DNA from: an uncultured Candidatus Actinomarina sp. | GTDB taxonomy: Bacteria > Actinomycetota > Acidimicrobiia > Actinomarinales > Actinomarinaceae | Length of the DNA: 64,000 nucleotides | Reading direction: 5' to 3' | Assembly (NCBI GenBank): GCA_902610815.1 | Contig: CACLXG010000001.1 | Location: 76,775 to 140,774, forward strand | Part shown: positions 59,165 through 64,000 of the stretch, one piece after another | Layout: each line of letters opens with the position of its first letter | How positions within the stretch are numbered: position 1 is the first letter of the stretch | Notes under the pieces: generated by a model | Told to the model about the DNA's origin: nothing | The model's input: the letters and a program-made list of their open reading frames with translations, nothing else | Databases searched by the model: none | Position numbers and translations under genes: made by a program

Positions 59165-59752
59165 ATTATAAAAAATTTTTTTAAATCACTACTTATAATT
59201 TTTGTAGCTATTGTTGCAGCGACATTAGTTAGAACTTTTCTTATACAAATTTACTTCATTCCATCATCTTCTATGGAGCCAACCCTAGAAGTTAATGACA
59301 GAGTTTTAGTAATAAAGAATACTTTCATAGAAACAGAGATATCAACTGATGATATTGTTGTCTTTTATGGCCCTCAAACAAAGTTTGACAAAAATTATTA
59401 TGATCAATTTATAGAGTCTTTACAGATTTGGAAATTGACCACTGATCAGACTTATTTAAATACTGCATTAATTAAACGAGTTGTGGGCACCGGTGGTGAT
59501 GAAGTAGTTATTAAACAATCCGGTGAAGTGTTTGTAAATAACAATAGATTTTTAGTCCTTAACATTGAAGAAGGTAGATACTTCAAAGACCTAACATACA
59601 TTGTCCCTGATGGTGAGATATTTGTATTAGGTGATAACAGAATAAATAGTCAAGACTCTAGATACATCGGAACAATACCTTACGAAAATATTGTTGGAAA
59701 AGCTTACTATGTTATTTACCCATTTGAAAACTTTAGAAATATAAATGATTGA
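59165..59752 (+). CDS. lepB: Signal peptidase I (start codon non-canonical or uncertain)
   Basis: The TM anchor and the catalytic-Ser box (LLIIFVAIVAATLVRTFLIQIYFIPSSSMEPTL) lie upstream of the first ATG (59273). The only in-frame candidate starts are ATT/ATA at 59165/59168. The frame is continuous with rplS except for one TAA. Confidence 0.65.
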   Translation: MIKNFFKSLLIIFVAIVAATLVRTFLIQIYFIPSSSMEPTLEVNDRVLVIKNTFIETEISTDDIVVFYGPQTKFDKNYYDQFIESLQIWKLTTDQTYLNTALIKRVVGTGGDEVVIKQSGEVFVNNNRFLVLNIEEGRYFKDLTYIVPDGEIFVLGDNRINSQDSRYIGTIPYENIVGKAYYVIYPFENFRNIND

Positions 59753-60332
59753 AGATAAAGTTTGGTCAGAAAATCCAAGTAAATACATTATAGGAGCAGA
59801 TGAAGTTGGTAGAGGTTCCTTTGCTGGTCCAATATGTGCTGCAGCAGTGAAAATTAATTATTCACATTTAGAACTGCTAGCTAATGTAAAAGACTCAAAA
59901 AAACTTAGTGCAAAAAAAAGAGAAGAAATATTTTTAATTGTTCAAGAAAATAACATTGAGTATTCATTTAATGAATCATCAAACAACTTTATTGATCAAT
60001 TTGGAATCAAAAACGCTAATGAAAAAGTATTAACTGATTCAATCTCAGATATCTACACTGGCAATGAAATAGTATATGTTGATCATTTTAAAATTAATGA
60101 TTTCAAATCTATCTCTGTGGTACGTGGAGAAGATAATTGCAGAGCAATAGCTTTAGCAAGTATTGTAGCAAAAGTGCTCAGAGATAATTTAATGATTAAA
60201 TTTTCAGAAAAATATCCTGAATATTCATTTGAAAAGAATAAAGGCTATGGAACAAAAGATCACAGAGAGGCTATTTCAAAATATGGTTTATCTAATATTC
60301 ACAGAAAATCTTTTAGCTTAAAGCCCATATAA
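59745..60332 (+). CDS. rnhB: Ribonuclease HII
   Basis: IIGADEVGRGSFAGPICAAAV. Confidence 0.8.
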   Translation: MIEDKVWSENPSKYIIGADEVGRGSFAGPICAAAVKINYSHLELLANVKDSKKLSAKKREEIFLIVQENNIEYSFNESSNNFIDQFGIKNANEKVLTDSISDIYTGNEIVYVDHFKINDFKSISVVRGEDNCRAIALASIVAKVLRDNLMIKFSEKYPEYSFEKNKGYGTKDHREAISKYGLSNIHRKSFSLKPI

Positions 60333-60457
60333 CAACTATTGCCGTAAGTATGAAAGCAAAAATAATATTGATATAGTCAGTCTTATTTGCCTTATAAGGT
60401 CTATTTGGATCAAATCCCATAACTACATTCTAAATTAAAATATATTAAACTTGAAAT

Positions 60458-61213
60458 ATGGTTCTTGAATCAAAAATTGAAAACGATATTAAGTATTTAT
60501 ATTTTAATGATGAGACTTCTCTAAATGCTATAAGTTCAGGAGATTGGAAGTCATTAAAAACTGAAATAGAGTCTTTTGAAAAAAGTGATCAGAAGTACTT
60601 AGTAATTAAGCATATTAATGGTAATTATTCTGCAGGAGCACAGTTAGGTGAAAATATTAACTCCTTAATGGAAGATGTTTCAAATGCCGCTCAAGCATTA
60701 TGGAATTGTAAAAAACCAGTTATCTCACTTGTTAATGGCATAGCTGCTGGAGCTGGTTCCAATATGATGCTTTTAAGTGATTTTATTATTGCTACACCAG
60801 AGACAAGATTTATTGAAGTTTTTGTTAGGAGAGGGTTAGTTGTAGATTTTGGTGGTTCGTGGGTACTACCAAGAATCATTGGAATTCAAAAAGCAAAATC
60901 TTTAATGATGTCATCTAATGAAATTAATGGTACCGAACTAAATAACCTTGGAGTTTTATATAAGCTTTGTTTACTCGAAGAGATGGATCAAGAATTTGAA
61001 TCATTAATTGAAAGCTTAAACAAACAAAGTTTTATATCTATTTGTATGATTAAGCAACAAATAAGAGAAGGTTTAGATAAAACATTCAGTGAATCATTAG
61101 ATCTCGAAACAGTTAACCAAAATAAAAGGTTTTTACATTCAGATGCAGCTGAAGGAATGTCAGCATTTCTAGAGAAAAGACAACCAGTTTATAAAAATAC
61201 ATTGGATGAATAA
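60458..61213 (+). CDS. Enoyl-CoA hydratase/isomerase family protein
   Basis: Crotonase fold; oxyanion region NGIAAGAGSNMML. Confidence 0.75.
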   Translation: MVLESKIENDIKYLYFNDETSLNAISSGDWKSLKTEIESFEKSDQKYLVIKHINGNYSAGAQLGENINSLMEDVSNAAQALWNCKKPVISLVNGIAAGAGSNMMLLSDFIIATPETRFIEVFVRRGLVVDFGGSWVLPRIIGIQKAKSLMMSSNEINGTELNNLGVLYKLCLLEEMDQEFESLIESLNKQSFISICMIKQQIREGLDKTFSESLDLETVNQNKRFLHSDAAEGMSAFLEKRQPVYKNTLDE

Positions 61214-61287
61214 AAAAAATGTATAATTATTCATCTATATGAATTTTTATGCAATAATCATTACTTAAGAAAACGGAGGTTTACTAA

Positions 61288-62175
61288 GTGAAAACTAAGA
61301 AATCACTCCTTTTAATTTTTGTTCTCGCATTGGTTGCAGCTGCGTGTGGAGGCGCTGAAGCTACACCTTGTGATGAGGTAGAAATTACAACAGGAGAAAA
61401 CGGATTACCTGATCTAGGTGGATGTGAATTTACATTTGCTGTAGAAAATGCGTATCTTCCATTTAACTATATTGATGCCGCTGATGGTGTAGCAAAAGGT
61501 TGGGACTACGATGTCTTCAATCACATGGGTGAATTGATGAACTTCACACCAGTTTATATACCTGCAGCATGGGATGGAATGATACAAGCAGTTTCTGATG
61601 GTCAATTCATGGTTGCAGGCGATGGAATTACTATTACAGCTGAAAGAGATGAAATCATCGACTTTTCAGATGGATATATTAATTTAGCACAAAGAGTACT
61701 TGTAGCAGTTGGAAATACTGAAATTACAAGTATCGATGATCTCAAAAATGGAGATTATACAGTAGCAACTCAAAAGGGTACAACAAACTACGAGTTTGCA
61801 GTTTCAGAACTTGGAGAAGATAAAGTCCAAGCTTTTGATGATTTTAACTTTGCAATCCAAGCTGTTATTTCTGGTGATGCAGATGCATCAATCATTGATG
61901 AAACAGCTGGTTTAGGTTACATGGGAGCCAACAAAGACCAAGTAAAATTGGTTGGTGGCGACTTAACTTCTGAACAACTCGGTTTTGCATTTCCTAATGG
62001 AAGCCCATTAGTAGATGTAGTTAACAAAGGGTTGGCAGCAATGAAGGAAAGTGGAAAATTAGCAGAAATCAATGCTAAGTTCTTCTCACCTGACTTCTCA
62101 GTAACCTATGATGATATTGCAGAATGTGATGCTAGCATTCCAGAAGAATATCTTCCAGAGGACTGCGAAGTATAA
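61288..62175 (+). CDS. Polar amino-acid ABC transporter substrate-binding lipoprotein (family 3)
   Basis: GTG start with RBS ggagg. Lipoprotein signal ...LVAAACGG. SBP_bac_3 fold. Confidence 0.75.
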   Translation: MKTKKSLLLIFVLALVAAACGGAEATPCDEVEITTGENGLPDLGGCEFTFAVENAYLPFNYIDAADGVAKGWDYDVFNHMGELMNFTPVYIPAAWDGMIQAVSDGQFMVAGDGITITAERDEIIDFSDGYINLAQRVLVAVGNTEITSIDDLKNGDYTVATQKGTTNYEFAVSELGEDKVQAFDDFNFAIQAVISGDADASIIDETAGLGYMGANKDQVKLVGGDLTSEQLGFAFPNGSPLVDVVNKGLAAMKESGKLAEINAKFFSPDFSVTYDDIAECDASIPEEYLPEDCEV

Positions 62176-62203
62176 GTAAAAGTTTACTTATATTTAAATT
62201 TGT

Positions 62204-62229
62204 AATAGGCACGGAAATCCGTGCCTATT
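62204..62229 (+). terminator. Hairpin (attenuator/terminator-like) between the SBP and permease genes
   Basis: Perfect 11-bp stem aataggcacgg / ccgtgcctatt with loop aaat; the downstream U-tract is weak (gcttta). Confidence 0.45.
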
Positions 62230-62247
62230 GCTTTACTATGGATACAA

Positions 62248-63003
62248 ATGAAAATAAAAAATCTACTTAAACCAGATAATTGGTGGATTCTTATTCTAAG
62301 TGGAGTTATAGCTTATATGCTATTCATGATCTATTCGGAACCTGAATACAACAAAGCTTTTAATTTTATACTTCCTGGACTTACAATTACTTTTCTTTCA
62401 ACTTTTATATCATTCATAATTGCTTTGTTTCTTGGATTAATTTCTGGAATTGGAAGGATATCTAAAAATAAATTTGCACGTACAATTTCAAGAACATACA
62501 TCGAATTTATACGTGGAGTTCCCGTTCTTATACTTATATTTACAATTGCTTTCGTAGTGGTCGTTAGAGCTGCTGAATTTTTTAACATTAATAATGGTAA
62601 TGTGCCAATGTTGGTTAGAGCAATAATTGCACTTTCAGTATTTTACGGTGCATATATAGCAGAAGTATTTAGAGCTGGAATTGAATCTGTTCCTGTAGGT
62701 CAAAGAGAGGGTGGTGCATCACTAGGTCTATCTGATAGACAAGTAATGAGACATATAGTTTTGCCTCAAGCTTTTCGTAATATGCTTCCTGCACTCGGAA
62801 ATGATTTTATTTCTATGATGAAAGATTCCTCACTGTTATCAGTATTAGCAGTAGAAGACCTAACCTATAGAGGCAGATTGTATTCAGGAAGTACATTTAG
62901 GTTTGCAGAAACTTATCTTGTTCTTACTGTTATGTATTTAATTATTACACTCATCCTTTCTGGATTACAAAGAAGACTTGAGAAAAGACTTGAAGCTAGA
63001 TAA
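62248..63003 (+). CDS. Polar amino-acid ABC transporter permease
   Basis: Probable ATG at 62248 (MKIKNLLKPDNWW...). The ORF-track start at 62221 lies inside the hairpin. The EAA-like region GASLGLSDRQVMRHIVLPQA is present. Confidence 0.7.
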   Translation: MKIKNLLKPDNWWILILSGVIAYMLFMIYSEPEYNKAFNFILPGLTITFLSTFISFIIALFLGLISGIGRISKNKFARTISRTYIEFIRGVPVLILIFTIAFVVVVRAAEFFNINNGNVPMLVRAIIALSVFYGAYIAEVFRAGIESVPVGQREGGASLGLSDRQVMRHIVLPQAFRNMLPALGNDFISMMKDSSLLSVLAVEDLTYRGRLYSGSTFRFAETYLVLTVMYLIITLILSGLQRRLEKRLEAR

Positions 63004-63847
63004 TAGAAGCAATCAAGAAGAAATTCTAAATCAATATTTAAATACACTTGAAAAAATTAAAAATTATTCGCAAAACACAATTAAGTCATACAAAAATGAC
63101 ATTACTCAGTATTTGAATGAAGAGAACAATCTTGGAGAATTTTCAAATTTTTTAAAAATCTGTTCTAAAAAAAATTACTCAAAATCTACTATTAACAGAA
63201 AAATTACATCTATTAGGTCTTTTTTGTTTTGGAGTGCAGAAAATGATTATTTTGAAAGAGATTTAATAAAACCGGTTACAAGTTTAAAAACAGATAAAAA
63301 ACTTCCAAATGTCTTAACAGCAAATTATATTAATGAACTACTTGATTCTTTACCTGTAAGTAACAATAAAGAGATAAGAGACAAAGCCATATTAGAACTA
63401 ATGTATTCTTCTGGTCTTCGAGTTAGTGAAGTTAGCAATCTTATGATTAAAGATATTAGAAGCAATAAATCTATTAAAGTTTTAGGGAAAGGAAGTAAGG
63501 AGAGAGTTTTACCATTAACTGATCGTGCATTTAATAGTATTAATAACTATTTAAAAATTGCTAGAGAAATATTTGCTAATGAAAAATCTGGTCAATTTTT
63601 ATTTTTAGGTATAAGGGGCGGTAAATTAAGTGATAGAGAAATAAGAAGAATTGTAAAGCTAAGAGTTGGAACTTTTCCACACAGCTTAAGACACACTTTT
63701 GCAACACATCTTTTAGACGGGGGTGCAGATTTGCGAATAGTTCAGGAGCTACTTGGTCACAATGACCCAAATACAACACAGATATATACACATGTTTCAA
63801 AAAAACAATTGAAGAAAAAATACAAACAATCTCACCCAAGGGGTTGA
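62978..63847 (+). CDS. xerC: Tyrosine site-specific recombinase XerC/XerD
   Basis: C-terminal LRHTFATHLLDGGADLRIVQELLGH...Y. Housekeeping position upstream of rpsB. Exact start uncertain (TTG). Confidence 0.75.
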   Translation: MRKDLKLDNRSNQEEILNQYLNTLEKIKNYSQNTIKSYKNDITQYLNEENNLGEFSNFLKICSKKNYSKSTINRKITSIRSFLFWSAENDYFERDLIKPVTSLKTDKKLPNVLTANYINELLDSLPVSNNKEIRDKAILELMYSSGLRVSEVSNLMIKDIRSNKSIKVLGKGSKERVLPLTDRAFNSINNYLKIAREIFANEKSGQFLFLGIRGGKLSDREIRRIVKLRVGTFPHSLRHTFATHLLDGGADLRIVQELLGHNDPNTTQIYTHVSKKQLKKKYKQSHPRG

Positions 63848-63976
63848 TTAATACAGCATTAATATTAGAATTTTAAAGAAAATAGACACCACATTTACAA
63901 GTTTCCTTGGTGAACGAAAGTTTGGAAACCGCTTAGGCAAGGAATGTGGGATGAATTAACCAAAGGAGAAATTAGA

Positions 63977-64000
63977 TGTCTACATCAATGAAAGACCTGT
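63977..64000 (+). CDS. rpsB: Probable 5-prime end of the 30S ribosomal protein S2 gene (truncated by the window edge)
   Basis: RBS aaaggag then ATG; MSTSMKDL resembles the S2 N-terminus; only 8 codons are visible. Confidence 0.35.

Noticed and set aside
60316-60420. 35-aa hydrophobic ORF on the minus strand overlapping the 3-prime end of rnhB (MGFDPNRPYKANKTDYINIIFAFILTAIVVIWALS)
   Set aside because: It has no RBS, overlaps rnhB coding sequence antisense, and is easily produced by chance in AT-rich DNA. It is kept only as a possibility for small-protein or ribosome-profiling screens.
61214-61287. Short inverted repeat ATTCAT-ctat-ATGAAT between the enoyl-CoA hydratase and SBP genes
   Set aside because: A 6-bp stem in AT-rich intergenic DNA is expected by chance; no U-tract or promoter context.
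1-64000. Search for rRNA, tRNA, CRISPR arrays, insertion sequences and prophage structural genes
   Set aside because: No tRNA-like TpsiC/acceptor patterns, no spaced direct repeats, no transposase or integrase other than housekeeping xerC, and no capsid or terminase-like ORFs were found. The Rad52-like gene is the only phage-flavoured element.

Overview
This 64 kb window is a densely packed, AT-rich chromosomal segment (about one-third G+C by eye) with about 75 genes, many with overlapping stop/start codons and several with TTG/GTG starts. The gene content and order point to an actinobacterium-like, streamlined (probably marine) genome; this is inference. Supporting features include a myo-inositol-1-phosphate synthase, FO synthase cofG/cofH with deazaflavin-dependent enzymes, and the conserved blocks yceD-rpmF-plsX-rnc-mutM-(x)-smc and rpsP-KH-rimM-trmD-rplS-lepB-rnhB ending in xerC before rpsB. 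A lipoprotein c-type cytochrome is also present. The window contains these blocks, in order. (1) An alpha-glucan locus: tatA, cytochrome c, malQ, a GH13 enzyme, malEFG and thuAB-like 3-keto-disaccharide genes. (2) A beta-oxidation cluster: fadD, an SDR, several ACADs, thiolase, MaoC, HADH, and an ACAD-associated APH-like kinase. (3) Housekeeping: dtd, gdhA, ino1, a class-III aminotransferase, recG-rsmD-coaD, smc, etfAB, nucleoside salvage (cdd, punA, deoB, upp) and two tandem gap genes. No rRNA, tRNA, CRISPR array, transposase or prophage block was found. Several things stand out. (a) A photolyase homologue has its two domains in swapped order (FAD domain first, alpha/beta antenna domain last). 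It is translationally coupled to a DDN-family deazaflavin enzyme and sits downstream of rpmB and csp. (b) A five-gene operon encodes a small membrane protein, an alpha/beta hydrolase, a membrane-anchored Mur ligase that lacks the UDP-substrate N-domain, a Ddl-like ATP-grasp ligase and a HAD phosphatase. (c) A two-gene module encodes a Rad52/Sak-type annealing protein coupled to an unknown 173-aa partner, 2 kb from a Cas4-like Fe-S nuclease. (d) A GAPDH paralogue has lost both active-site cysteines and is frameshifted in a homopolymer. (e) lepB has no canonical start codon and lies in frame with rplS across a single stop codon. (f) cofG and cofH are split, and cofH carries an unexplained ~230-aa N-terminal extension. 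Candidate (a) is the most novel architecture directly visible in the sequence, followed by (b) and (c).
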